A DNA stretch of 64,000 nucleotides from Eledone cirrhosa (GCA_964016885.1 OZ024762.1:14198001-14262000); one strand, 5' to 3'. Shown: positions 1 to 14,815, counted from the first letter of the stretch. The notes: generated from the sequence alone by a model not told the origin. Made by a program: numbers and translations.

Positions 1-3
1 ATA

Positions 4-67
<64 letters not shown>

Positions 68-94
68 ATATATATATATATATATATATATATA

Positions 95-139
<45 letters not shown>

Positions 140-210
140 ATATATATATATATATATATATATACCATATATATATATATATATATATATATACCATATA
201 TATATATATA

Positions 211-247
<37 letters not shown>

Positions 248-356
248 ATATATATATATATATATATATACCATATATATATATATATATACCATATATA
301 TATATATATATATATACCATATATATATATATATATATACCATATATATATATATA

Positions 357-389
<33 letters not shown>

Positions 390-564
390 ATATATATATA
401 TATATATATATATACCATATATATATATATATATACCATATATATATATATATATACCATATATATATATATATATATATACCATATATATATATATATA
501 TATATACCATATATATACCATATATATATACCATATATATACCATATATATATATATATATACC

Positions 565-595
<31 letters not shown>

Positions 596-620
596 TACAC
601 CATATATATATACCATATAT
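1..620. repeat. (AT)n microsatellite punctuated by CC
   Basis: Continuous (AT)n interrupted at irregular intervals by ACCAT. Confidence 0.95.
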
Positions 621-731
621 AGTGAAGGCATGTGGCAGAGTGGTTAGAGAATTGGATTCGCAATCGTAAGGTTGTGAGTTCGATTCCTGGACCAGGCGAT
701 ACGTTATGTCCTTGAGCAAGACACTTTACTT
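621..731 (+). mobile_element. tRNA-derived SINE (CORE-like), 3'-truncated
   Basis: Pol III box A TGGCAGAGTGG and box B GTTCGATTCC, followed by TGTCCTTGAGCAAGACACTT resembling the CORE domain. Related copies at 1027-1308 (+) and 19795-19918 (-). Confidence 0.75.
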
Positions 732-743
732 TATATATATATA

Positions 744-782
<39 letters not shown>

Positions 783-785
<3 letters not shown>

Positions 786-943
786 AATGAGTTATTTGTT
801 TTGTTTATTATTCAACAAAGTTAATTTATAACAGATTAGAAGCACTCAACAACATTTTTCTGGAGTTTCATTAATATCAATAATATTAATAAATGGAAAA
901 TATGGTTTTATAAAGATATTTTCCATTTATTAATATTATTGAT

Positions 944-947
<4 letters not shown>
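783..947. mobile_element. Tail fragment of the HHR-bearing (TA)n-embedded element with a short fold-back
   Basis: Similar to 35652-35830, 41754-41890 and 47320-47390. Ends in an inverted repeat ATCAATAATATTAATAAATGGAAAATAT...ATATTTTCCATTTATTAATATTATTGAT. Confidence 0.6.
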
Positions 948-992
<45 letters not shown>

Positions 993-1026
993 GTATATAT
1001 ATATGTATATATATATGTGTGTGTGG

Positions 1027-1308
1027 AGAGAGGCACGTGGCCTAGTGGTAAGGGCGTTGGACTTACGATCATAATGTTGTGGGGTCGATTCCTGGGCTGG
1101 GCTGTGTGTTGTGTTCTTGAGCAAAACACTTCATGTCATGTAGCTCCAATATACTCAGCTGAAAATGAGTGCCAGTAATAGCTGGGGAGTTTAACCCTGT
1201 GATGGACTGGCATCCTGTCCAGGGGGAAGTCTTGTATTCTAAGTCACTTCACGCCATGAAACCGGGATAAGCGCCGGCCAAATGAGCCTTCTGGTTTAAG
1301 AGACTTTA
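1027..1308 (+). mobile_element. tRNA-derived SINE (CORE-like) with LINE-like tail
   Basis: Box A TGGCCTAGTGG, box B GGTCGATTCC, CORE-like TGTTCTTGAGCAAAACACTT, tail CCCTGTGATGGACTGGCATCCTGTCCAGGGG...AAACCGGGATAAG. Confidence 0.75.
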
Positions 1309-1325
1309 GACACACACACACACAC

Positions 1326-1431
<106 letters not shown>

Positions 1432-1514
1432 TAAAAAAACAACAACACAGGAGTACAAGTTTACGAAAGGTATATATCTATATATATATATAGGAAAATC
1501 TGCTTCGTAGAATT

Positions 1515-2240
1515 CTAAAGTGATACTTAAAGAAAGGAATCAATTGTTGTCCGGAGAAAAAGGCATCTGTGCTCAGTCCTCTCAACCTCGTCCACCATAT
1601 AACTTCTTTCACCATAGCCACCGTACAGAGGAAAACCGCCTCTCTTTCGTTTTTGAAAGAGGCTGGCGGTTTGATCTTTACTATGGGCTCGGCAGTCAAC
1701 TGGATTTGTCCCATACGCGACAGCAGTTGTTCTGCATAGTTCCACAGGTCGCTTACGCCCGGGCAGTGTACAATTGCGTGCAGGACTGTTTCAATATCCT
1801 GCGCGCATCTTGGACACGTCCTCTTGGAAGGATCCCTGCCGGGCCGTCGGTGCCTGTAGATCTTGTCACAAACCGGTAGAGCTCCTCGGTAGCACTGCCA
1901 GGCCAGGGACCTCTGGAAGTTGTTCATAGGTCCCGGGCGGAAAATCCTACCAAACAGGCTGGTGAGCTCATCGTCTTCGACGCCCAGAGTCTCTCCGAGC
2001 ACGTCGTCGCCCTTGTAACGTACAATCACTCTATAGAATGTCGAGGTGGAGTCTCCACTGATTGCTGCGCCCGCTTGCCAAAGGACTGTGAGCACCTGAG
2101 CGCATTCAATGTGCCAGGCGCCCATCGTTTTCGGTCTTTTCTTCACCCAGGACTGCAGCTCCGTTAGCGAGACGAGCTGTGGGAAAGCCTGTCTCACAAA
2201 CGGTGTCCACACCGGTTGGAGGTCGGTGAGGAATACCTGG
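1515..2240 (-). mobile_element. L1/Tx1-clade LINE ORF2 C-terminal fragment (zf-RVT region)
   Basis: ORF 1478..2389 contains LAWQCYRGALPV...CPRCAQDIETVLHAIVHCPGVSDLW, the CCHC zinc knuckle found after RT in L1/Tx1 elements. Confidence 0.85.
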
Positions 2241-2261
2241 AGATAGATAGGATAGATAGAT

Positions 2262-2627
2262 ATGTTTCTTTTATTTGCCACCAGGGCATCAAAAGTGGGA
2301 CAAGTACAATGGGAGGAGTTTACAAAACAAGGCGTCCTCAATAAGGAGGAGGCAATAACAAAATATAAAAATAAAATAAAATATAACAAAAAATAAAATT
2401 TATAACAAAATCCTCAATAGAGAGGAGGCGCCTTGGGGGGTCGCACACACCCCCGAAAAAAAGTGTGCAACCCTTTTCCTCAGGAGCACAGAGAAGGGGT
2501 GCTCCCTTGGTCTTTCATCTTCCTCACCTATAGTCTGATGTAGAGTGAAGGCCCATTCACACCGGCCATTCTCGCCACTTTCACCCATCTTTCATAAAAA
2601 CGGCTGGGGTGCAGCACCTCTCTCTCC
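2262..2627 (-). mobile_element. Probable Tx1-like LINE extreme 3' end and 3' UTR, flanked by (GATA)n
   Basis: Minus strand reads EREVLHPSRFYERWVKVARMAGVNG, then a UTR ending AATAAAAGAAACAT into (ATCT)n. AGATAGGATAGATAGA occurs on both sides. Confidence 0.6.
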
Positions 2628-2929
2628 ATAGATAGGATAGATAGATAGATAGATAGATAGATAGGCTAGACAAATAGATAGATAGATAGAATATGTAAAT
2701 CTCAATCTCTCTCTCTCTCTCTACAACAACATTAACGTCAACAACCTTAACGATAAGAACAACCACATCAATCATAGCAACAGTAACAACAACAGTAATA
2801 ACGACAACAACAACAATAACAACCACCATAACGACAATAACGACGACGACAACAACAACCACAATCACAAGCCAAGTACTGCAGTTTACTGCAGTAGGAC
2901 ACACTGCAGTAGTGACTTACTGCAGAGTC

Positions 2930-5351
<2,422 letters not shown>

Positions 5352-5415
5352 TATAATAGAAAACGAAAAATCAGTGATGGATCTGAACTCAATTTATTGT
5401 GTGTTACGATTGTTT

Positions 5416-5479
<64 letters not shown>

Positions 5480-5927
5480 AAACAAAATGAAAACGAAATG
5501 TCAGTGTTGAACAAAAAGGTGACGTGGTTGCCTTAACACCGTATGGCATAAATTCAGGCTGTTCAGTTTGTTTACAAACGAACAAAGCGACGTTATAATA
5601 AGCGCCGCTAAACTGATACGTGCATATATGTATGTGTACCTGTATGCATATGTATGTATATATGTATATATATATATATATATATATGTGCATGCTACTG
5701 TACGTCTGTATACATATATGTATGTACGTATACATGCATACTTACATTTAAGTAAGTGCCATACTAAGAGTGAGAAATGAAATTTCGTTTTCATTTTGTT
5801 TCAATTTATCGTTTTCGGTATGCCTGACCGATTTAACTCACTCAATATGCAAATTAGGCTGCTCAGCCGTTAATTTTCATAAGGAAAGTATATACTTTCG
5901 AACGTTCAACTATCTGGCAGATGGGTA

Positions 5928-5972
5928 AACGGTGCTGATGATAGCTAACAAGCTTGAAACTAGTACATCGTT
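5928..5972 (+). ncRNA. Type I minimal hammerhead ribozyme
   Basis: AACGGTG-CTGATGA-T-AGCT(AACA)AGCT-T-GAAA-CTAG-TA-CATCGTT: 7-bp stem I, intact core, palindromic stem III, GUA cleavage triplet. Confidence 0.85.
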
Positions 5973-6214
5973 CCTGTGTCAGTGTTGAACAAAAAGGTGA
6001 CGTGGTTGCCTTAACACCGTATGGCATAAATTCAGGCTGTTCAGTTTGTTTACAAACGAACAAAGCGACGTTATAATAAGCGCCGCTAAACTGATACGTG
6101 CATATATGTATGTGTACCTGTATGCATATGTATGTATATATGTATATATATATATATATGTGCATGCTACTGTACGTCTGTATACATATATGTATGTACG
6201 TATACATGCATACT

Positions 6215-6258
<44 letters not shown>

Positions 6259-6381
6259 GGAGGTGAGTTTTATTGTAGTACAATAAAGCAATGCAGATAT
6301 CGGATAAGAAGCACTCTACAGTTTGTAGGACTGGAGTATAAATAATATATAAGAACAAAAGATGGTTAAAAGAGTTCCATG

Positions 6382-6452
6382 TATTTTATTATGTGCATTT
6401 CAAAAACAAATATCATCATGCAATAACATTTGCGTTTTCGTCAGATAAAATA
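6382..6452 (-). ncRNA. Type I hammerhead ribozyme (left arm of inverted repeat)
   Basis: Reverse complement of 6588-6658. Confidence 0.75.
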
Positions 6453-6587
6453 GGGAGACATGATATGAAGGTTAAAACACACTTGTGAATAGTGCAGTTT
6501 TAAATCAACATATAATTGATATGTTGATATGTTGATTTAAAACTGCACTATTCACAAGTGTGTTTTAACCTTCATATCATGTCTCCC

Positions 6588-6658
6588 TATTTTATCTGAC
6601 GAAAACGCAAATGTTATTGCATGATGATATTTGTTTTTGAAATGTGCATAATAAAATA
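6588..6658 (+). ncRNA. Type I hammerhead ribozyme
   Basis: TATTTTAT-CTGACGA-long stem II-GAAA-TGTGCA-TA-ATAAAATA: 8-bp stem I, near-palindromic stem III (TGCGCA in the 52.7 kb and 56.8 kb copies), AUA triplet. Confidence 0.75.
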
Positions 6659-6697
6659 CATGGAACTCTTTTAACCATCTTTTGATCTTATATATTA

Positions 6698-7610
6698 CTA
6701 GCAGTAAAGCCCGGCGTTGCTCGGGGTCGCTCAGTAGCTGTGTTAAAGTTACAATGTTAAGTTTCTTTATTGGCTTAAAAACTGTAGTGTCTACTGTGCA
6801 GACTTGCATGTGGTGTTTTTGATTAATATTCCCTCAACCAACAATATGCCTTATGAAGTTAAGAAAACATAACGATAACCCGAATGTTATAACAAAAGAG
6901 GATGCTGGGGATAGAAACTGCACTGGTTATTTATTAACAAAGATCGAAAATGTAAACACTGCAACGCAGAGAAAAACATTAGCGTAACCAAATTATCAGT
7001 TATGTCTGTCTGCACGCCTATATCACCTCTCTGCACGACTGTCTGTCTGCACGCCTATATCACCTCTCTGCACGACTATCTGTCTGCACGCCTATATCAC
7101 CTCTCTGCACGACTATCTGTCTGCACGCGTATATCACCTCTCTGCACGACTGTCTGTCTGCACGACTGTCTGTCTGCACGCCTAACGACGAAATATTTGC
7201 TTGTTTTACGTAGTCTTTAAATAGACTTGTTTTCAAGTAAAAATATTGTTTTAAAATGCTTTTAAATGGAAATGAAGCAAAACGGAAGCTTAGTGTTCGA
7301 ACTGATGAATTTTGCAGGTCAATATTTTGCTGGCTCGACAACTGAGAAAGCCAGCGTAATTTTTTACGTAAGAAGCTCAATGTAAACAGAACAAAGGGAA
7401 ATAACTGATAACTTACGCTCAAAAATCGATACATTATATTCGATTTCGTCACATAGGGTGGGTCAATTTGAAATTTTTTTTTCCGATGTCTTCGCTAGGG
7501 CTCAATGTACAAGTATAGCAATTTCGGTGCAATTCCGTGAGAGATTCTAAGAGGAGATGTGTGCCAAAAATCGATAGACAGACAGACAACCACAGTTTTA
7601 TATATATAGA
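6698..7610 (-). mobile_element. Non-autonomous Helitron, apparently complete (913 bp)
   Basis: Minus strand A|TCTATATATATAAAAC at the 5' end. Subterminal hairpin CCCGAGCAACGCCGGG followed by CTAG|T at the 3' end. Inserted between A and T. Internal ~37-bp minisatellite at about 7003-7183. Confidence 0.8.
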
Positions 7611-7611
7611 T

Positions 7612-7644
<33 letters not shown>

Positions 7645-7905
7645 ATGTATATGTATGTATATGTATATATATATATGTATGTATGTATATGTATATATAT
7701 ATGTATGTATATATATATGTATGTATGTATATGTATATATATATGTATGTATGTATATGTATATATATATATGTGTATATGGATATATATGTGTGTATAT
7801 GTATATATATATGTGTATATATGTATGTGTGTATATGTATATATATATGTGTATATATGTATGTATATATACATATACATATATATACATATATGTATAT
7901 GTACA

Positions 7906-7942
<37 letters not shown>

Positions 7943-8085
7943 GTACATATATATATATACATATATATATACATATATATATATGTATATATACATATAT
8001 ATATATGTATATATACATATATATATATGTATATATACATATATATATATGTATATATACATATATATGTATATATACATATATA

Positions 8086-8116
<31 letters not shown>

Positions 8117-8231
8117 CTACATATATATATATATATATATCTACATATATATATATATATATATCTACATATATATATATATATATACATGTATATATAT
8201 ATATATACATGTATATATATATATGTACATG

Positions 8232-8265
<34 letters not shown>

Positions 8266-8271
8266 TACATG

Positions 8272-8313
<42 letters not shown>

Positions 8314-8642
8314 TACATGTATATATATATATATACATGTATATATATATACATGTATATATATATATATATACATGTATATATATATATGTATGTACAT
8401 CTATATATATATATATATACATGTATATATATATATACAAGTATATATATACATATATATATATACATATATATATATATACAAGTATATATATACATAT
8501 ATATATATACAAGTATATATATACATATATATATATACATGTATATATATATACATGTATATATATATACATGTATATATACATATATACATGTATATAT
8601 ATTTATACATATGTATATATATACATATATGTATATATATAC

Positions 8643-8722
<80 letters not shown>

Positions 8723-8771
8723 GTATATATATATACATGTATATATATATATATGTATATATATACTTGTG

Positions 8772-8819
<48 letters not shown>

Positions 8820-8820
8820 C

Positions 8821-8853
<33 letters not shown>

Positions 8854-8875
8854 CAAGTATATATATATATACATG

Positions 8876-8907
<32 letters not shown>

Positions 8908-8966
8908 CATATATATATACATGTATATATATATACATGTATATATATATATACATGTATATATAT

Positions 8967-9010
<44 letters not shown>

Positions 9011-9012
9011 AT
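7611..9012. repeat. Long interrupted (AT)n microsatellite
   Basis: About 1.4 kb of (AT)n with ATAC/CATG interruptions. Confidence 0.95.
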
Positions 9013-9039
9013 GTTTTGAATATCGATATTCAAAACAAC

Positions 9040-9390
9040 AAACAGCGGAGGACGCGTTTCGCACCTTTCCGACAGACAACCTTTCCCCCACCCCGGAAAA
9101 AACCCCCAGTTGATGGATGTGAATCCGAAATATATAGGGACAATTAAATCTCTCCCAAGGTAACTCTCTCTCGTGTTGTTATTTTTATTTTATCCTTTAT
9201 ACTCTTTCCTTCATTCCTCTACACGTCTTATACACGCCACGCATCTCAACGTACACCCACTTACATCTCTCTCTCCACCACCGGATCTTGTTACCCGGAG
9301 GTTTACCCATCTGCATTGTCGACGCTTCCAAACGACTTAAAGATATTTACTTATTATTCCACAATGCTTCAAGCAAACTTCAATACTCTC
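9040..9390 (+). mobile_element. Dispersed repeat related to 15515-15935
   Basis: Shared ATCCGAAATA..TAGGGAC.ATTAAATC..CCAAGGTAACTCT and TTTACCCATCTGCATTGT blocks. The 15.5 kb copy also carries an inverted tail. Confidence 0.65.
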
Positions 9391-9428
9391 ATATATATAT
9401 ATATATACATATATACATATATATATAC

Positions 9429-9473
<45 letters not shown>

Positions 9474-9699
9474 TACATATATATATACATATACACATAC
9501 ATATATATATATAGATAGATATACATACATATACACACATATATATAAACATATATATATATATATATATACATATAAATACATACATATACATACATAT
9601 ACATACATACATATACATACATATATATATATATATAGACATACATATACATACATATATATATGTATGTATATGTGTATATGTGTATATATGAGTCAG

Positions 9700-10415
9700 C
9701 CACACCACACTACACCACACCACACTACACCACACCAAAATACACCACACTACACCACACCACACTACACCACACCAAACTACACTACACTACACCACAC
9801 CACACCAAACTACACTACACCACACCACACCAAACTACACTACACTACACCACACCACACTACATTACAGTACACCACACTACACCACACTACACTACAC
9901 TACATCACACCACACCACCACACTACACCACACTACACCACACTACACCACACCACCACACCACTCCACCTCACCACACCACACTACACTACACCACACC
10001 ACACCACCACACTACACTGCACCACACCACCACACTACACCACACCACACTACAACACACCACACCACCACACTACACCACACCACACTACACCACACCA
10101 CACTACACTACACCACACTGCATTACACTACACCACACCACACCACACCACACCACACCACACCACACTACACTACACCACACTACATTACAGTACACCA
10201 CACTACACCACACTAAACTACACCACACTACACTACACTACACCACACCACACCACCACACTACACCACACTACACCACACCACCACACCACTCCACCAC
10301 ACCACACCACACTACACTACACCACACCACACCACCACACTACACTGCACCACACCACCACACTACACCACACCACACCACACCACACCACACCACCACA
10401 CCACACCACACTATA
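9700..10415. repeat. (CACAC/CACTA)n pentanucleotide repeat
   Basis: Directly visible; explains the His/Thr-rich pseudo-ORFs. Confidence 0.9.
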
Positions 10416-11138
10416 CATTATATATAACCAACAGCTGAGGTCAATAGATACAGTTGACTATATATTTACGGTTTTTGTTTTAGTTTCGAGCTTTGTAGTT
10501 ATGATTAAAACACCCGCCGCCACCATCACTTAGGCCACCACCACCACCATCACCATCACCACTACCATCACCCCAGCCACCATAATCACTTAGCCCGCCA
10601 CCACCACCGCCACCATCATCACCACTACAATCAACAGCGCCACTACCATCACCTCTACCATCATCTCTAGGGGAACCACCGCCACCACCACTACCATCAC
10701 CTAGGCCACTCTCTGTTAACATCAACAGCACCACCATCACCGCCAGCACCATCTCTATCACCTAGCCCCCCCCCCTCTCCCTCCCTCCCTCCGTCAAGTA
10801 GACCACCACCACCACCATCACCTTGGCCACTACCGGCACCATCATCACAACTACAATCATCAATACCACTACCATTACCGTCACCACTACCACCTAGGCC
10901 ACTACCATCACTATCATTATTATCACTACCACAACCACCGCTACCACCACTACAACCAACACCACCACAACCACCACCACCACCACCACCACCACCACCA
11001 CCACCACCACCACCACAAGGTTATCGAAACAAGACGTCCGGTTGTTTGTCCAATGGCGCCACCAAACTGTTCTCGTTGGAATTCACAGTACACGTGACAT
11101 ATCTGATCCGATCTATTTATGTACCTGCACCACAGTGC

Positions 11139-13177
11139 TGGTCACATCTATAGGCTATAGCTGAGACTCACACACACTCGGCGGCCTCTGGTCACATCTA
11201 TAGGCTATAGCTGAGACTCACACACACTCGGCGGCCTCTGGTCACATCTATAGGCTATAGCTGAGACCCACACACACTCGGCGGCCTCTGGTCACATCTA
11301 TAGGCTATAGCTGAGACTCACACACACTCGGCGGCCTCTGGTCACATCTATAGGCTATAGCTGAGGCTCACACACTCGGCAGCCTCTGGTCACATCTATA
11401 GGCTATAGCTGAGGCTCACACACACTCGGCAGCCTCTGGTCACATCTATAGGCTATAGCTGAGACTCACACACACTCGGCGGCCTCTGGTCACATCTATA
11501 GGCTATAGCTGAGGCTCACACACACTCGGCAGCCTCTGGTCACATCTATAGGCTATAGCTGAGGCTCACACACACTCGGCAGCCTCTGGTCACATCTATA
11601 GGCTATAGCTGAGGCTCACACACACTCGGCAGCCTCTGGTCACATCTATAGGCTATAGATGAGGCTCACACACACTCGACGGCCTCTGGTCACATCTATA
11701 GGCTATAGCTGAGACTCACACACACTCGACGGCCTCTGGTCACATCTATAGGCTATGGCTGAGGCTCACACACACTCGACGGCCTCTGGTCACATCTATA
11801 GGCTATGGCTGAGGCTCACACACACTCGGCGGCCTCTGGTCACATCTATAGGCTATGGCTGAGGCTCACACACACTCGACTGCCTCTGGTCACATCTATA
11901 GGCTATAGCTGAGGCTCACACACACTCGGCGGCCTCTGGTCACATCTATAGGCTATAGATGAGGCTCACACACACTCGACGGCCTCTGGTCACATCTATA
12001 GGTTATAGCTGAGACTCACACACACTCGACGGCCTCTGGTCACATCTATAGGCTATGACTGAGGCTCACACACACTCGACGGCCTCTGGTCGCATCTATA
12101 GGCTATGGCTGAGGCTCACACACACTCGGCGGCCTCTGGTCACATCTATAGGCTATGGCTGAGGCTCACACACACTCGACGGCCTCTGGCACATCTATAG
12201 GCTATAGCTGAGGCTCACACACACTCGACGGCCTCTGGTCACATCTATAGGCTATAGCTGAGGCTCACACACACTCGGCGGCCTCTGGTCACATCTATAG
12301 GCTATAGATGAGGCTCACACACACTCGACTGCCTCTGGTCACATCTATAGGCTATAGCTGAGACTCACACACACTCGACGGCCTCTGGTCACATCTATAG
12401 GCTATGGCTGAGGCTCACACACACTCGACGGCCTCTGGTCACATCTATAGGCTATGGCTGAGGCTCACACACACTCGGCGGCCTCTGGTCATATCTATAG
12501 GCTATGGCTGAGGCTCACACACACTCGACGGCCTCTGGTCACATCTATAGGCTATAGCTGATGCTCACACACACTCGGCGGCCTCTGGTCACATCTATAG
12601 GCTATAGCTGAGGCTCACACACACTCGACGGCCTCTGGTCACATCTATAGGCTATAGCTGAGGCTCACACACACTCGGCGGCCTCTGGTCACATCTATAG
12701 GCTATAGCTGAGGCTCACACACACTCGACGGCCTCTGGTCACATCTATAGGCTATAGCTGAGGCTCACACACACTCGGCGGCCTCTGGTCACATCTATAG
12801 GCTATAGCTGAGGCTCACACACACTCGACGGCCTCTGGTCACATCTATAGGCTATAGCTGAGGCTCACACACACTCGGCGGCCTCTGGTCACATCTATAA
12901 GCTATAGCTGAGGCTCACACACACTCGACGGCCTCTGGTCACATCTATAGGCCATAGCTGAGGCTCACACACACTCGGCGACCTCTGGTCACATCTATAG
13001 GCTATAGCTGAGGCTCACACACACTCGACGGCCTCTGGTCACATCTATAGGCCATAGCTGAGGCTCACAGACACTCGACGGCCTCTGGTCACATCTATAG
13101 GCCATAGCTGAGGCTCACACACACTCGGCGGCCTCTGGTCACATCTATAGGCTATAGCTGAGGCTCACACACACTCG
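11139..13177. repeat. 50-bp tandem minisatellite, about 40 copies
   Basis: Unit GGTCACATCTATAGGCTATAGCTGAGGCTCACACACACTCGGCGGCCTCT; period 50 (11141, 11191, ...). Confidence 0.95.
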
Positions 13178-13206
13178 TGCCTCTCAGTTTTAAATATATA
13201 TATATA

Positions 13207-13391
13207 ATTGTTTTACTTTTGGCACAAGGCCAGCAATTATTCCAGTGCATTACTGGTACTTTATTTTATTGACCCCGTATGGATGAAAGGCAAAGCTAAC
13301 CTTGGCAGGATTTGAACTCAGAACATAAAGGGCCATAACTCTATGCTGCAAAGCATGGTGTCTGACGCTCTACCGATTCTGCCAATCCACC
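13207..13391 (-). mobile_element. tRNA-derived SINE, family 2
   Basis: Diverged copy of the family at 41286-41472. Confidence 0.75.
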
Positions 13392-13474
13392 AATGCAACA
13401 TAGTGCTGGACGTACCAATAAGTTATAGTTTAGGTCCACACACACTCGAGGGCCTCAATTTACATATATATTAT

Positions 13475-13662
13475 AATTGTTTCTACTTTAGGCACAAGGC
13501 CAGCAATTATCCAGTGCATTACTGGTACTTTATTTTATCGACCCCGTAAGGATGAAAGGCAAAGTCAACCTCGGCGGGATTTGAACTCAGATCGTAAAGG
13601 GACGTAGCTATGCTGGAAAGCATGGCGTCCGACCCTCTACCGATACTGCCAATCCACCGCCC
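13475..13662 (-). mobile_element. tRNA-derived SINE, family 2
   Basis: Near-identical to 41038-41220; box A TGGCAGTATCGGTAGAG and box B GAGTTCAAATCCC on the minus strand. Confidence 0.8.
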
Positions 13663-13974
13663 ACATATATATTATAATACGCCACAGTTCTGGTCACATC
13701 TATAAGCTATATCTTAGGGTCACACGCACTCGAGGGTCTCACTTTTAAATATATATTATAATATACCATAGTGCTGGTCGTACCTATAGGCTATAGTTTA
13801 GGGCACCTTGATGGCACTTACACTCGCCTGCTTCAGCACATTCAGAACATATGCTGGGGACAGCTGACTTTGAGAGAGATTTAGGGCGGCCTCACACGCA
13901 TATCTGTCGTTGTACATAAAAGGAGAATAAGATTTGCTGGCCACTGCCATTGTGCCACCTACGAGGCGGTGTCC

Positions 13975-14146
13975 CCATTGGTGCTTTGGAAACCACAAGC
14001 AGTCACTATCCCGATGTCATCTCCAGAGATTCTGGGACTATCCCGATATCATCTCCAGGGACTTGGTAACGGCAATGAACGACAGATCCACGTGGAGATC
14101 AATTGTTGAGTCCATTTCGGCTGAGGCCGCCGGCGGATGATGATGA
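13975..14146 (+). mobile_element. RTE-clade LINE 3' end relic
   Basis: YPDIISRD...AMNDRSTWRSIV-like C-terminus followed by a (GAT)n tail. Confidence 0.6.
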
Positions 14147-14234
14147 GGGCGACACACACTCGAGGGCCTCACTTTTAAATACATATTATAATGCAACATA
14201 GTGCTGGTCGTACCTATAAGCCATAGCTTATAGG

Positions 14235-14280
14235 TACAGGACTAGAACTGTTTCATTCGAAGAAAATCATCAGGAAAGCC
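14235..14280 (-). ncRNA. Hammerhead ribozyme core, 3' strand of stem I lost
   Basis: CTGATGA-T-stem II-T-GAAA-CAG(TTCTAGTC)CTG-TA; same family as 40441-40491. An inverted AGTCCTGTAGAAGC piece lies at about 14331. Confidence 0.6.
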
Positions 14281-14444
14281 GACTGTCATTGTGATGTTGT
14301 GGTACTTACACGTTTTCTGGTGGTAGGGGAAGTCCTGTAGAAGCTATTCCTATATTAAACATTTATATTCTGCTATGTATTGAGTACCTTACTTACTGTG
14401 GTTACCACCATTCCCCTACCATCAGGAAACGTATGATGTCATGT

Positions 14445-14815
14445 CCATGTTAGATTCTAACACGTATATGTGATGGCACACGCTTAATAGTCAGACTGGT
14501 GATGAACCATCTCCAGAGGTCTCTATTCTTGGAGGCAATCATCAAGGAGAAAATGCATTTAGTCCTAAAGTTCCTCTCATCCCTTTCTCTACTGAGCTGC
14601 TGTTCAAATTCTCAAGACTTCAGTTCCGTGTTAGAACCAGTTTTGTTAAGACCATACATAAAGCTCAGACTCAGAGTTTCAAAGTTGTAGGATTGAATAT
14701 ATATGAGCGATTCGGTTTCTACACATGGACAATTATATGTAGGTTATTCACGAGCGGGTACTCCTAGAAATCTTCATATACTATGCAAGAACGGTAAAAC
14801 GAAGAATCTGGTGAA
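14445..14815 (+). pseudogene. Helitron RepHel (PIF1-like helicase) C-terminal relic
   Basis: Frameshifted peptides CDGTRLIV, RLQFRVRTSFVKTIHKAQTQSFKVVGLN and STHGQLYVGYSRAG...GKTKNLV match the Helitron helicase motifs CNGTRL, QFPVRLAFAMTINKAQGQ and HGQLYVAxSRV. Confidence 0.85.

Larger units (their letters stand above)
6342..6697. repeat. ~170-bp-arm near-perfect inverted repeat
   Basis: Left arm TAATATATAAGAACAAAAGATGG...AATCAACATAT is mirrored by ATATGTTGATT...CCATCTTTTGATCTTATATATTA. Confidence 0.9.

Noticed and set aside
621-700. tRNA gene
   Set aside because: Boxes A and B are present, but no convincing acceptor stem, and it continues into SINE body sequence.
7300-7360. CTGATGA...GAAA inside the Helitron
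   Set aside because: No stem I or stem II pairing consistent with an HHR.
7495-9147. Long ORFs rich in Y/I/H/T/C/V (also 31932-34145, 47136-48982, 53302-55668 and many others)
   Set aside because: Translations of dinucleotide microsatellites that lack stops by composition; no domain signal.
11139-13177. CRISPR-like appearance of the 50-bp array
   Set aside because: Head-to-tail units with no unique spacers, no cas genes, eukaryotic context.
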